64,000 nucleotides of DNA, from the NCBI RefSeq assembly GCF_006345805.1, contig NC_043006.1, positions 42,408,001 through 42,472,000 on the forward strand. The letters are read 5' to 3'. Source of the stretch: Octopus sinensis. Lineage: Eukaryota. The notes under the pieces were generated by a model that did not search any database, was not told where the DNA came from, and was given only the letters and a program-made list of their open reading frames with translations. Positions within the stretch are counted from its first letter, which is position 1. Each line of letters starts with the position of its first letter. The position numbers and the translations under genes are program-made. Shown here one piece after another: positions 37,062-50,177 of this stretch.

Positions 37062-37212
37062 ATAACCCAGGTTTGAAATTTCCTCAAGACACTGGATGAA
37101 GGCTGGTGGATATATCAGCTGAAACGTTGTGTTAACAACAAACAAGATGAGGACAAATATCCATCGAATGTAAATAACGTACATAACTCCTCATCTCTTA
37201 AATATAGAACTG
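37062..37212 (+). mobile_element. SINE-G / Penelope tail fragment
   Basis: ggatgaaggctggtggatatatcagctgaaacgttgtgttaacaacaaacaagatgagg. Confidence 0.8.
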
Positions 37213-37574
37213 AATTATTTTCCACTTGTGATGAACCAGCTGCAGATTGCTATATCAGATAACTTGTCACAGATCCCAGCAGTATGTCTCTCCCAATGTG
37301 TCACTGTTTTTGTTAGTATTTGTTGAAAGACTGACATGGAAAACATCGCATGTAGTCATAAAATATTTTGTTTGTTGTTTGCGAGTGTTGTTGGTTGCTT
37401 CTACAGGCAGCCTTGGAAATACGTTTTCATTCACCTGCAGCAAAACCCTGCTTGTGACGTGACGTCTTGTGTCACCCAACACTGTCAACAAAGCAGCCAC
37501 CACAACCACAGTCCACGACACCAACAAATGCATGCAACAGCCTCAGCAAATTTCTGACCCACGCAACAACAACG

Positions 37575-37593
37575 GTGACGATGGTGGTGATAA

Positions 37594-37627
<34 letters not shown>

Positions 37628-37813
37628 GGTGGTGGTGGTGGTGGTGGTGGTGGCGGTGGTGATGGTGTAGGTGGTGGTGGTGGTGGTAATGGTGGTGGTG
37701 GTGTTGGTGGTGGTGGTGTAGGTGGTGGTGGCAGTGGTGGTGGCAGTGGTGGTGATGACGATGATGATGATGATGACGACGTTGATGATGATGATGACGT
37801 TGATGACGACGAC

Positions 37814-37844
<31 letters not shown>

Positions 37845-37985
37845 ATGCTGATGTTGATAATGGTGGTGGTTGTGATGACGATGATGACGATAACAATGAC
37901 AATGACAATGACACCGACGATGACAACGACACCGACGACTACGAGGAGGAGGAGGAGTGGAGGAAGTAGGAGGAGGAGGAGGTGT
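37575..37985. repeat. In-register mosaic (GAT/GGT/GAC/GAG)n tract
   Basis: Direct reading. Confidence 0.95.
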
Positions 37986-38241
37986 GTTGTGCGCCGCAAT
38001 CCTTTAGTAGACATCAACAGGTAAAAACAGAAGAAAATAAGACAATTGTGACAGAAGCAGGCTGTTGATCATTTTGCTTGAAGTGTTTTGAATATAGAAA
38101 TGTCATTGTAATGCGAGTGACTATTATTCTAGTATAGAATTCATTCAATATTTGTCTGATTTTCTATACCACAATAAGCTGTGTAATTACAGAATTATGT
38201 CAGTTATGTTTTTAACAATGCACTATATATGTATCTAATTA

Positions 38242-38286
<45 letters not shown>

Positions 38287-38330
38287 GTTGTGTGTGTGTG
38301 TGTGTGTGTATATATGTATATATATATATA

Positions 38331-41219
38331 TCATCATCATCATCATCATCATTTAACGTCCGCTTTCCATGCTAGCATGGGTTGGACGGTTCAACTGGGG
38401 TCTGGGGAGCCCGAAAGCTGCACCAGTCCAGTCAGATCTGGCAGTGTTTCTACAGCTGGATGCCCTTCCTAACGCCAACCACTCCGAGAGTGTAGTGGGT
38501 GATTTTATGTGCCACCGACACAGGTGCCAGACGAGGCTGACAAACGGCCACGCTCGGATGGTGTTTTTTATGTGCCACCGACACAGGTGCCAGACGAGGC
38601 TGGCAGACGGCCACGCTCGGATGGTGTTTTTTATGTGCCACCGACACAGGTGCCAGACGAGGCTGGCAGACGGCCACGCTTGGATGGTGTTTTTATGTGC
38701 CACCGACCGACACAGGTGCCAGACGAGGCTGGCAGACGGCCACGCTCGGATGGTGTTTTTATGTGCCACCAGACACAGGTGCCAGATGAGGCTGGCAAAC
38801 GGCCACGATCGGATGGTGCTTGTTACGTGCCCACAGCACGGAGGCCAGTCGATGCGGTACTGGCTACGGCCACGTTCGGATGGTTTTCTTATGTGCCACG
38901 TGCCACCGGCACTGGTACCACAAAGATACAATTCCATTGATGTTCATCTATTTTGATTTGTTTTGATTTGATTTTCACTTGCCTCAACAGGTCTTCACAA
39001 GTGTCACAAGAAGGAAGGTATGCACAGGTGGACTGACTACGTCCCAGGTAGGGGCCATGGGTTATGGCCTGACTAGTCTTGCCGGGTCTTCGGATGGTGT
39101 TTTTATGTGCCACCGACACAGGTGCTAGATGAGGCTGGCGAACGGCCACGATCGGATGGTGTTTGTCATGTGCCCACCACTGACTACGGCACTGATGGAT
39201 TTCTTGTGTGCCACAGGCACTGGTACCACAAGATACAAATTCCATTGATGTTCATCTATTTTGTCTATTTTGATTTGATTTGATTTGATTTTCACTTGCC
39301 TCAACTGGTCTTCACAAGTGTCACAAGAAGGAAGGAAGGTATGCACAGGTGGACTGACTAGTCTTGCCGGGTCTTCGGAAGGTGTTTTTATGTGCCACCG
39401 ACACAGGTGCCAGATGAGGCTGGCGAACGCCATGATCGGATGGTGTTTGTTACGTGCCCACAGCACGGAGGCCGGTCGATGCGGAACTGGCTACGGCCAC
39501 GTTCGGATGGTTCTCATGTGTGCCACCGGCACTGGTACCACAAAGTGTGTGCCACCGGCACTGGTACCACAAAGATACAGATTCCATTGATGTTCATCTA
39601 TTTTGATTTGTTTTGATTTGATTTTCACTTGCCTCAACAGGTCTTCACAAGTGTCACAAGAAGGAAGGTATGCACAGGTGGACTGACTACGTCCCAGGTA
39701 GGGGCCATGGGTTATGGCCTGACTAGTCTTGCCGGGTCTTCGGATGGTGTTTTTATGTGCCACCGACACAGGTGCTAGATGAGGCTGGCGAACGGCCATG
39801 ATCGGATGGTGTTTGTCATGTGCCCACAGAACGGAGGCCAGTCGATGCGGTACTGGCTACGGCCACACCGGCACTGGTACCACAAAGATACAAATTCCAT
39901 TGATGTTCATCTATTTTGATTTGTTTTGATTTGATTTTGATTTTGATTTTCACTTGCCTCAACAGGCCTTTGATTTTCACTTGCCTCAACAGGCCTTCAC
40001 AAGTATCACAAGGAGGAAGGTATGCACAGGTGGACTGACTACGTCCCAGGTAGGGGCCATGGTTTATGGCCTGACTAGTCTTGCCGGGTCTTCGGAAGGT
40101 GTTTTTATGTGCCACCGACACAGGTGCTAGATGAGGCTGGCGAACGGCCACGACCGGATGGTGTTTGTTATGTGCCCACAGCACGATGGCCAGTAATGCG
40201 GTACTGACTACGGCCATGTTCGGATGGATTCTTGTGTGCCACCGGCACTGGTACCACAAGCGGTACTGACTACTTTTTATGTGCCACCGACACAGGTGCT
40301 AGATGAGGCTGGCGAACGGCCACGACCGGATGGTGTTTGTTATGTGCCCACAGCACGATGGCCAGTGATGCGGTACTGACTACGGCCACGTTCGGATGGA
40401 TTCTTGTGTGCCACCGGCACTGGTACCACAAGCGGTACTGACTACGGCCACGTTCGGATGGATTCTTGTGTGCCACCGGCACTGGTGCCACAAGCGGTAC
40501 TGACTACGGCCACGTTCGGATGGATTCTTGTGTGCCACTGGCACTGGTACCACAAGGATACAAATTCCATTGATGTTCATCTATTTTGATTTGTTTTGAT
40601 TTGATTTGATTTGATTTTCACTTGCCTCAGCAGGTCTTCACAAGTCGGAAGGTATGTACAGGTGGACTGACTACGTCCCAGGTAGGGCCCACGGGTTATG
40701 ACCTGACTAGTCTTGCCGGGTCTTCGGATGGTGTTTTTATGTGCCACCATGTTCCCACAGCACGGAGGCCAGTCGATGCGGTACTGGCTACGGCCACGTT
40801 CGGATGGTTTTCTTGTGTGCCACAGGCACTGGTACCACAAAGATACAAATTCCATTGATGTTCATCTATTTTGATTGATTTTCACTTGCCTCAGCAGGTC
40901 TTCACAAGTCACACAAGAAGGAAGGTATGCACAGGTGGATCGACTACGTCCCAGGTAGGGGCCACGGGATATGGCCTGACTAGTCCTGCCAGGTCCTCTC
41001 ATGCACAGCACACTTCCATAGGACTCGGTCTTCAGTCATTTCCTTGGTGAGACCTAAAGTTCGAAGGTCGTGCTTCACCACCTCGTCCCAGGTTTTCCTG
41101 GGTCTACCTCTTCCACAGGTTCCCTCAACTGCTAGGTTGTAGCACTTTTGCACACAACTATCTTCAGCCATTCTCGTCACATGACCATACCAGCGCAGCC
41201 GTCTCTCTTGCACACCACA
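38331..41219 (-). mobile_element. 5'-truncated RTE with a greatly expanded, higher-order 3' UTR
   Basis: ORF end QERRLRWYGH...GRGRPRKTWDEVVKHDL...TWQD* at 40980-41213; (GAT)n tail at 38331-38351. Confidence 0.92.
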
Positions 41220-41299
41220 AATATATATATATCTAAATATTTATCTCTCACCAGATGGAGTACTTTTTTGTTCAATTTTCTATCATGAACAGTACATTA

Positions 41300-41645
<346 letters not shown>

Positions 41646-41898
41646 GTTCAGTGTATAGGTAGATAAGTATTTAAATTAGTAGTAGATAGATAAATGGATT
41701 CATTGGTAGGTAAATATAGACATTAATACAATGGTAGGTTGGTAACTATTAACAATTCATTAACAATTAGAATAATGGTACATTTAGCTACACACCAAGA
41801 TATTTGCCTGCTTATCTACATACAAACATACATTTCCTATATACATACATTCATAGATGCAGACAAATACTATATATAATATATATATATATATATAT

Positions 41899-41979
<81 letters not shown>

Positions 41980-42299
41980 GCATATATGTGTGTGTGTATA
42001 TATATATGCATGTATGTATATATGTGTGTGTGTGTTTGTGTGTATAAACAAAACAAAAAATGGAACAAGAATGTAACAGGCAATACCAAAACATCTGGAC
42101 AGTTTGATGGTGCAAAAAAGGACAGGAAAAAACAAGGAAAAGTAATTCGGAGCTTTCTCTCGTCAGTCGAGTTCCTGATCATCATTGCAGTTTTGGCCAG
42201 TTATACTCAAGACTGCTCTAATCTGGCCGACCCCAAGAAAATCTAAGCTAAGAGCACTAGATTCTTTGGAAGAAAGCAAGTGAATGTATATGAAAACAA

Positions 42300-42519
42300 G
42301 GACGATAAAAGCAAGGAATGGTACACAGTTACAAATACAAACACTTTAGAGGACTTCCCCCATGGGCTTTCACAAAGTGGCTGCTGTACTACAACCGCAA
42401 GTGCATAGAAGTTAGAGGATCCTGCTTTGAAGGTGATTAGAGTTTTGTACTTCTTTGAAATTAATAAATTAATAAATGCCTTTTCTGAAAATGTCTGGAA
42501 ACCTCTGGAATGCACCATG
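42300..42519 (+). mobile_element. Mariner 3' end
   Basis: KCIEVRGSCFEGD*; TIR gtctggaaacctctggaatgcaccatg-TA. Confidence 0.7.
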
Positions 42520-42599
42520 TACACTTCATGCAATTTATACTGATGAATAACCCAAGCAAAAGAGATCTCTCTGAGCAATGAAAATATATAAATAGTAAC

Positions 42600-43470
42600 T
42601 ATAGACGGTTTTAGAACAATATGAAAGTCAACCCTACCAGATAAATTGAAGAAACAGTTCTTCAGAGTAGTTGTTGAATCTGTGCTTGTATATGGATCTC
42701 TGACTTAGACTCTCACCAAGAGATTTAGGTATATGCTGGATGGTGCCTACACCAGAATGTTACTTGCAGTGCTCAACATCTCTTGCGGGGAGCATCCAAC
42801 AACATAGCAGTTATATGGGAATGTACCAACTTACTCTCATCAACCATCCAAGAGTGGAGATTGAGGCTTGCTGGTCATTGGAGAATTCTTTTACTTGTTT
42901 CAGTCATTTGACTGTGGCCATGTTTGAGCACCACCTTTAGTCGAGTAAACTGACCCCAGGACTTATTCTTTGTAAGCCTAGTACTTATTCTATTGGCCTC
43001 TTATGCTGAACCGCTAAGTTACAGGGACTAAACACACCAGCATTGGTTGTCAAGCGATGTTGGGGAGACAAACACAGACACACAAACATATATATATATA
43101 TATATATGTTTCTGTCTACCAAATCTTTCAGTTTCTGCCTACCAAATCCACTCACAAGGCTTTGGTTGGCCCAAGGCTATAGTAGAAAACACTTGCCCAA
43201 GGTGCCATGCAGTGGGACTGAACCCGGAACCATGTGGTTCATAAGCAAGCTACTTACCACTCCTATGCAAAGAAGAACTTGTGAATAATGTGTTGCTGTG
43301 GACACCAAATCCTGTTGCCACAGTGGCTGGAAGACCACGGAAGATGTATATACAACAGCTTGCAGAAGATGGTGGATGCCAAGTTGAAGACCTAAAACCA
43401 TTAATGGAAGATTGGGAGGGATGGAGAAAGTTAGTCAGGCTGGCCCAGACAATCAGCCTGACTGGATGAT
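42600..43470 (+). mobile_element. Second RTE-group LINE family fragment, interrupted by SINE-A (42888-43262, minus)
   Basis: KKQFFRVVVESVLVYGS...LDGAYTRMLLAVLNIS; VLLWTP...GRPRKMYIQQLAEDGG...LMEDWEGWRK. Confidence 0.82.
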
Positions 43471-44337
43471 ACCTTAATAAAAACCATAAAAAAAAACTTC
43501 TGCTGTAATGTGTCTACTCTCTTATACCAAACAAATTTTCTCCAAGTTTGCTGAGCGCTACCTAAGCGTGCACTGATGATTGAAATGATTCTGTCAACAG
43601 GTACTGTCTCCTGCAGAATGAGTTATTGCACTCATTCCCTGGCTTGTTGTCAATTACACTCTCAAAGCATTCAACAAATCCACATCTGGATTGGCTTAAA
43701 GACAGTCGAAGATTCGTAACTGACTAATCCATTACAGTTAACCAAATACTACGACAGTTGAGTACATAGCAACTTGTTTGATATTAAATATTATTTTATA
43801 CAGAAAATAAAAGAGAGAAATACTTCAGATATCAAAATAAAAAAAAACAAAGAAAGCTCGAAACTGTTTTATAATATTAAATATTTTTTATTATATCAAA
43901 ATGTTAAATTTCAAAAAAAAAAAAAAAAAACAGTAAGAAAAGAAAGGAAAAATAAAAGAAGAGAAAATGACATTCTTGTTTATTGTCGAAAAGTATATTT
44001 AGATATATTCAGTTTAGAATCAAATTTAAAAAATAATTAAAGAATACAGGACAAGAAACACTATTCAGTGAGCTGTGAACAGTTGTAGAAAGAAACAATG
44101 ACATTCCAGACAGACGCTCTTAACAACACTGACAAATATATGACATGAGAAAAGTAAAAAACATTATACTTATTCATGTACCATTCCGTTTATTAATCAC
44201 TATACATCACACAGACAGCAGCGCTTTGGTCTTGACTGTTATTCTCTTTTGCAATTCAATTTCATAGAATTTGATAATGCAATAATGGTATAAGTTATAG
44301 TTGTGAAATATGGAACCGATCCTAGAGAATAAAAGAA

Positions 44338-45590
44338 TTGTATGTATGTGTGTGTGTGCATTTGAGTGTGTTTGTGTGTGTGTATGTATGTATGTATGTA
44401 TGTATGTATGTATGTATGTATGTATGTATGTATGTGTATGTATGTATGTATGTGTGTATGTATGTATGTATGAATGTATGTATGTATGTGTGTATGTATG
44501 TACATATGTATGTGTGTATGTACGTATGTATGTGTGTTTGTATGTATGTATGTATGTGCGTATGTATGTGTGTATGTGTGTATGCATGTATGTGTGTATG
44601 TATGTCTTTGTGTATGTGTGTCTTTGTGTATGTGTGTATGAATGCATGCATATACGTATAGATATATGCATGTTTTACTGTACATATGTATGTATGCATA
44701 CATGTATGTGTGTATGTATCTATGCATGTATGTATGTAACATATATGTATGAATGTATCATATGTGTGTATGTATCTATGAATGTATGTATGTATGCATG
44801 TATGCATATATGCATGTATGTATGGTGATATATCTATGCATATATGTATGTATGAATATATGTATGTATATGTGTATGTATGTTTTATGTATGTATGTAT
44901 GTATGTATGTATGTATGTATGTATGTATGTATGCATGTATGTATGTATGAATATATATATGTATGTATGTATGTATTGTGTGTGTGTATGTATATATCTA
45001 TGTACATATCTATGTATGAATATATATATGTATGTATGTATTGTAATATATTTATAAATGTATGTATGTATATATGTATATATGTATGCATGTGCATATG
45101 TATGTTTGAATATATATATGTTTGTATGTATTGTAATATATTTATAAATGTATGTATGTATGTATGTGCATATGTATGTATTGTAATATATTTATAAATG
45201 TATGTATGTATATATGTATATAAGTATGTATGTGCATATGTATGTTTGAATATATATATGTATGTATGTATTGTAATATATTTATAAATGTATGTATGTA
45301 TGTGCATATGTATGTATGAGTATATATATGTATGTATTGTAATATATTTATAAATGTATGTATATATGTATATAAGTATGTTTGTGCATATGTATGTTTG
45401 AATATATATATGTATGTATGCATTGTAATATGTCTATAAATGCATGTATGTATGTATGTGTGTGTGTATGTGTGTGTGTATGTATGTATGTATGTATGTA
45501 TGTATGTATGTTGTATGTATGTATGTATGTATGTATATGTATGTATGCATTTGTGTATGTATGCATGTACATATGTATAATGCAAGAAAT
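44338..45590. repeat. ~1.25 kb (TATG)n-based tract with higher-order units
   Basis: Direct reading. Confidence 0.95.
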
Positions 45591-45954
45591 TATATATTTT
45601 CAGTTATGGAAAGAAGCAATGTTAAGTTTCATTCACTTTGAAGATGGAAAAAAAAATGAAAAAAAAAAAAGCAAAGAAATTCTAGTTCATATAATGGAAT
45701 ATTTTCATTGCAATTAAATCAAATCTGAGTAAATTTTGAGCAGAGCTAATATAGTTAATATTGCTAAATAAAATAAACAGTTAAAAATAATATAGTTAAA
45801 TATAATGTATGAACTATATATTTTCTAGATAGCCTCAGAATGTTAAAAACCACTTTTAAAATGATTAGCAATGCATATTAGTTGCAAATATTCCTAGATT
45901 GCTGTTGTTTTTGCTGTTGTTGTTATTTCCTTGATTCAAAGTAAAAATTGGTTG

Positions 45955-46350
45955 GGCATGGTGGTGTGGTTAAGAAGCTTGTTTTGTAACCATGTGGTTT
46001 CAGGTTCAGTCGCACTGTGTGGCAGCTTCGGCAAATGCCTTCTTCTATGGTGCTGGGACAAGCAATGAGTTGCGAGTGAATTTCGGTTGACAGAAATTGT
46101 ATGGAAGCCCATTGTGTGTGTGCATACGTGTGCACGTGTGTGTGTGTTTGCATGCATGTGTGACTCCCACTCCCACCTTGTCCTCTACCATTTGGCAACT
46201 GGTGTTGGTGTGTTTACATCCCTGTAACTTAGTAGTTCAGCAATAGAGATTGATAGACTAAGTACCAGAGTACTGGAGGTCAGTTTGTTCGACTATACCC
46301 TTTCGGGTGGTGCTCCAGCATGGCTGCAATCCACTGATTGAAACAAGTAA
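45955..46350 (+). mobile_element. Old SINE-A-type copy
   Basis: Head and tail recognisable, CpGs decayed. Confidence 0.8.
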
Positions 46351-46477
46351 GAGATAACAATTTCAATGACAGCTTCAAAATATTGGTTTCAAATTTTAGC
46401 ACAAAGCTGGGAAATTTGGGGGTGGGAGTGAGTCGATTATGTCCACCCCAGTGCTCAAATGGTACTTATTTTATCCT

Positions 46478-46853
46478 TTTCTTTTCTACTCTAAGCACAA
46501 GGCCTGAAATTTTCGGCGAGGGGGCCAGTTGATTAGATCGACCCCAGTATGCAACTGGTACTTAATTTATTGACCCCAAAAGGATGAAAGGCAAAGTCGA
46601 CCTCAGTGGAATTTGAACTCAGAACATAAAGACAGACAAAATACTGCCAAGTATTTTCCCCGGTATGCTAATGTTTCTTATTTCTTTATTGCCTACAAGA
46701 GGCTAAACATGGAGGGGACAAACAAGGACAGACAAGGAGATTAAGTCGATTACATTGACTCCAGTGCATAACTGGTACTTAATTTACCGACCCCGAAAGG
46801 ATGAAAGGCAAGGTCGACCTCGGCGGAATTTGAACTCAGAACGTAACGGCAGA
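46478..46853 (-). mobile_element. SINE-B'/SINE-B dimer
   Basis: B' monomer 46679-46853 with ...gcaataaagaaata tail fused to a B monomer. Confidence 0.88.
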
Positions 46854-46867
46854 GTTCAAATTCCACT

Positions 46868-47065
46868 CAACTGATGCAGGTAGTTTGTTCCATGCTTCAG
46901 CAACTCTGAATGGAATTTGAACTCAACTTTGTCTTTCATCTTCTTGGAGTCCATAAAAAAAAAATGGTACTTACTTTATTGACCCCCAAGAGAATGAAAG
47001 GCAAAGTCGAGTTCAAATTCCACTCAGAGTTGCTGAAGCATAGAACAAACTACCTGCATCAGTTG
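46868..47065. repeat. ~200 bp fold-back palindrome
   Basis: caactgatgcaggtagtttgttc...ctctga mirrored by tcagag...gaacaaactacctgcatcagttg. Confidence 0.9.
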
Positions 47066-47174
47066 TTAGTTGCTGAGACATTGCATCCTTTAAAACCTCC
47101 ATGCTTCCTGAAATTTGCTAACACTATACCTGATATCCCACCGCCCATACACATGCACACATGTATATCATGAT

Positions 47175-47298
47175 TCATACACTGTTCACTTTCCTGACTT
47201 TTGTATATAATTCTATGTACTGAGCATGCACCTTTGATGAGTTGTAGTGCACCTGAGCACTATACACAATAATTTCATTATTATTACTATTATTATAA
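47175..47298 (+). mobile_element. 3' end of the second CR1 family
   Basis: gttgtagtgcacctgagcactatacacaataatttcattattatt matches the tail at 55710-55775. Confidence 0.8.
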
Positions 47299-47299
47299 G

Positions 47300-47983
47300 A
47301 CCAACGAGCTGGCAGAATCATTAGCACGCTGGGCGAAATGCTTAGCTGTATTTCACTATGTTCTGAGTTCAAATTCCACTGAGATCGACTTTACTTTTCA
47401 TCCTTTTGGGGTTGATAAATTAAGTACCAGTTGCGTACTGGGGTCAATCTAATCGTCTGTCCCCCACTCCCTAAAAATTTCGGGCCTTGTGCTTAAAGTA
47501 GAAAAGATTATTATAAGATCAACTCAGGGTAGTGAGCCAGCAGAATTGTTAGCACGCTGACGAAATGCTTAACTATTTTGCCCGTCTCTACATTCTGAGT
47601 TCAAATTCCACCAAGGTCGACTTTACCATTCATCCTTTTGGGGTCAATAAACTAAGTACCAGTTGTGTACTGGGTCGATGTAATTGACTATACCCCTCCC
47701 CCAAATTTCAGGCCTTGTGCCTATAATAGAAAGGGTTATTATATGATCAACTTTGCTCTTTATCCTTATGGGGTCGAAAAATAAACACTAGATGAGCACT
47801 GAGGTTGATATAATCGATATGTCCGGCCCTTGAAATTGCTGGCCTTGTGCCAAAAATTGAAACCATTATTAATTTACAGAGCAAAGTGGTGAGCTGCTAG
47901 ATTGTTAGTTCACTGGACAAAATTCATAGCAGCATTTTGTCAGTCTTAACATTTTGAGTTCAAATTCCACTGAGATAAACATC
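47300..47983 (+). mobile_element. Head-to-tail cluster of about four SINE-B copies or fragments
   Basis: Starts near 47300, 47528, 47745 and 47882. Confidence 0.82.
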
Positions 47984-48165
47984 GCGCAGGAGTGGCTGTG
48001 TGGTAAGTAGCTTGCTTACCAACCACATGGTTCCGGGTTCATTCCCACTGTGTGGCACCTCGGGCAAGTGTCTTCTACTATAGTCTCAGGCTGACCAAAG
48101 CCTTGCGAGTGGATTTGGTAGACGGAAAACTGAAAGAAGCCCGTCGATATATGTATATAGATATA

Positions 48166-48225
<60 letters not shown>

Positions 48226-48546
48226 ATATATATATCAGTCTATCTACTATTATCTATCTATAATATAATATATATATATATATACTTATATATATATAGT
48301 ATATAATATATTATATATATAAGTATGTGTTGTGTGTATATGTTTGTGTGTCTGGTTTGTCCTCCCCAACATCGCTTGGCAACCAATGCTGGTGTGTTTA
48401 CGTCCCCCATAGCTTAGCGGTTCGGCAAAAGAGACCAATAGAATAAGTACTAAGCTTACAAAGAATAAGTCCTGGGGTCGATTTGCTTGACTAAAAGCAG
48501 TGCTCCAGCATGGCCACAGTCAAATGACTGAAACAAGTAAAAGAGT
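47984..48546 (+). mobile_element. Full-length SINE-A
   Basis: Consensus match. Confidence 0.92.
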
Positions 48547-48829
48547 ATTGCTTTTTACTCTTCTGTGGTTGCTAAAACATGTACCAAACAAGTACTGGAG
48601 TCAATACAATTGACTAAAAATCCCACCTGCAAAATTCCAGGCCTTGTGCACATTGTAGAAAAGTATTTGCTCTGATTTCTTACATTAAGAAATCAAATGC
48701 CATGAACCTCAACTTTCTCTTCCAGTCCTCTGGGGCTATTTAAAAATACAAATCAAGTACAGGGGTTCACATAATTAACTAACCCCTGCCCCTCAAAGTC
48801 AGTAGTTTTATGTCTAGATTAGGGATAAT

Positions 48830-49288
48830 TTATTCTTTTATTCTTTTATTCTTTTACTTGTTTCAGTCATTTGACTGTGGCCATGCTGGAGCACCACCTT
48901 TAGCCGAGCAAATCGACCCCAGGACTTGTTCTTTGTAAGCCAACTACTTATTCTATTGGTCTCTTTTGCCGAACCGCTAATGTTATGGGGATGGTAAACA
49001 CACCAGCATTGGTTGTCAGGCAATATTGGATGGGGACAAACACAGACACAGACACACACACATGCGTACATACATATATATATATATAATATATATAGTA
49101 TATATATATATATATATACACGACGGGCTTCTTTCATTTTTCTCTACCAAATCCATCACAAGGCTTTGATCAGCCTGAGGTTATAGTAGAAGACAAAACA
49201 CTTCCCCAAAGTGCCATGCAGTGGGACTGAACCGAAAACCACGTGGTTGGTAAGCAAGCTCCTTACCACACAGCCACTCCTGCACCTA
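48830..49288 (-). mobile_element. Full-length SINE-A
   Basis: Consensus match. Confidence 0.92.
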
Positions 49289-50177
49289 CAATTTCTGTAT
49301 AATATGATTAACATCATCTGTAAATTATGTACCTACTAGTGTCTACTAGGCATAACTATTACTAACATTACTATACATAACTTGTTGACTTTTTAGGAAT
49401 ATGAAATTACTAAGAGGATTGAATTCTCAGGCTCTTTGCTTCTGTCCCTTTTAGTCACCTCTTCTGCCATGCAGGGAATACAGCAACTGCCTTCTACTGT
49501 TTCCCCAGTCGCAGAGGGGTTTGCTAGTTAAACCATAGCTGGGACCCTTACAGGTGCTACCACTCCAGACCAGAGTAGACCTGGAAAGAATTGTGGCTAA
49601 GAGGTGGTTCTACACTCCTCAAAGAGCCTGAAACCAGGGCCCCAGGGTCATACCAGCTGGTAAATGAATGGAATGCCTGGTGTGGGCCTTGTTGTGGCTA
49701 CTTTCTCCTACAAAAATGGGGAATAGGCCTGGGTGTATAAAAAGAAAATAACAGTCTGGTGACCCTGTTGGTGCTGGTGCCATGTGAAAAGAGTCACATG
49801 AAGAGCACTGGTGATGGTGACATGTAGAATGTTCTAGTACTGGTGCCTTGTAAAAAGCACTGCTGTTGGTATATATATATATCTCCTGAGCGCCTATTAA
49901 TAATAATACTGTAATTGTTCCTGTTGTTGTTGTTTTTTTGTTTCCCTTTGGATTAAAATTATATATATATATATTATTATATATATATATATCTATATCT
50001 ATCTATATATCTATATCTATATATCTATATCTATATATCTATATCTATATCTATATCTATACTATATCTATATCTATATATCTATATCTATATATGTATA
50101 TATATCTATATATATATATATATATTAATATATATATATATATATATATGTTTATATATAAATACATACATACATAC

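Noticed and set aside
38353-40858. Repeat-protein-like ORFs and a CRISPR-like appearance (also 21598-22512, 50737-51303)
   Set aside because: Tandem units lack unique spacers, sit in a LINE 3' UTR in eukaryotic DNA, and there are no cas genes.
43540-43760. Possible exon or C/D snoRNA
   Set aside because: The AG/GT-bounded segment has stops in all frames; the C box is imperfect and there is no terminal stem.
44207-45717. Many 65-204 aa ORFs (also 61931-62942, 9011-9397, 9434-10024, 20959-21329)
   Set aside because: They are translations of (TATG)n, (TA)n, (CA)n and trinucleotide microsatellites.
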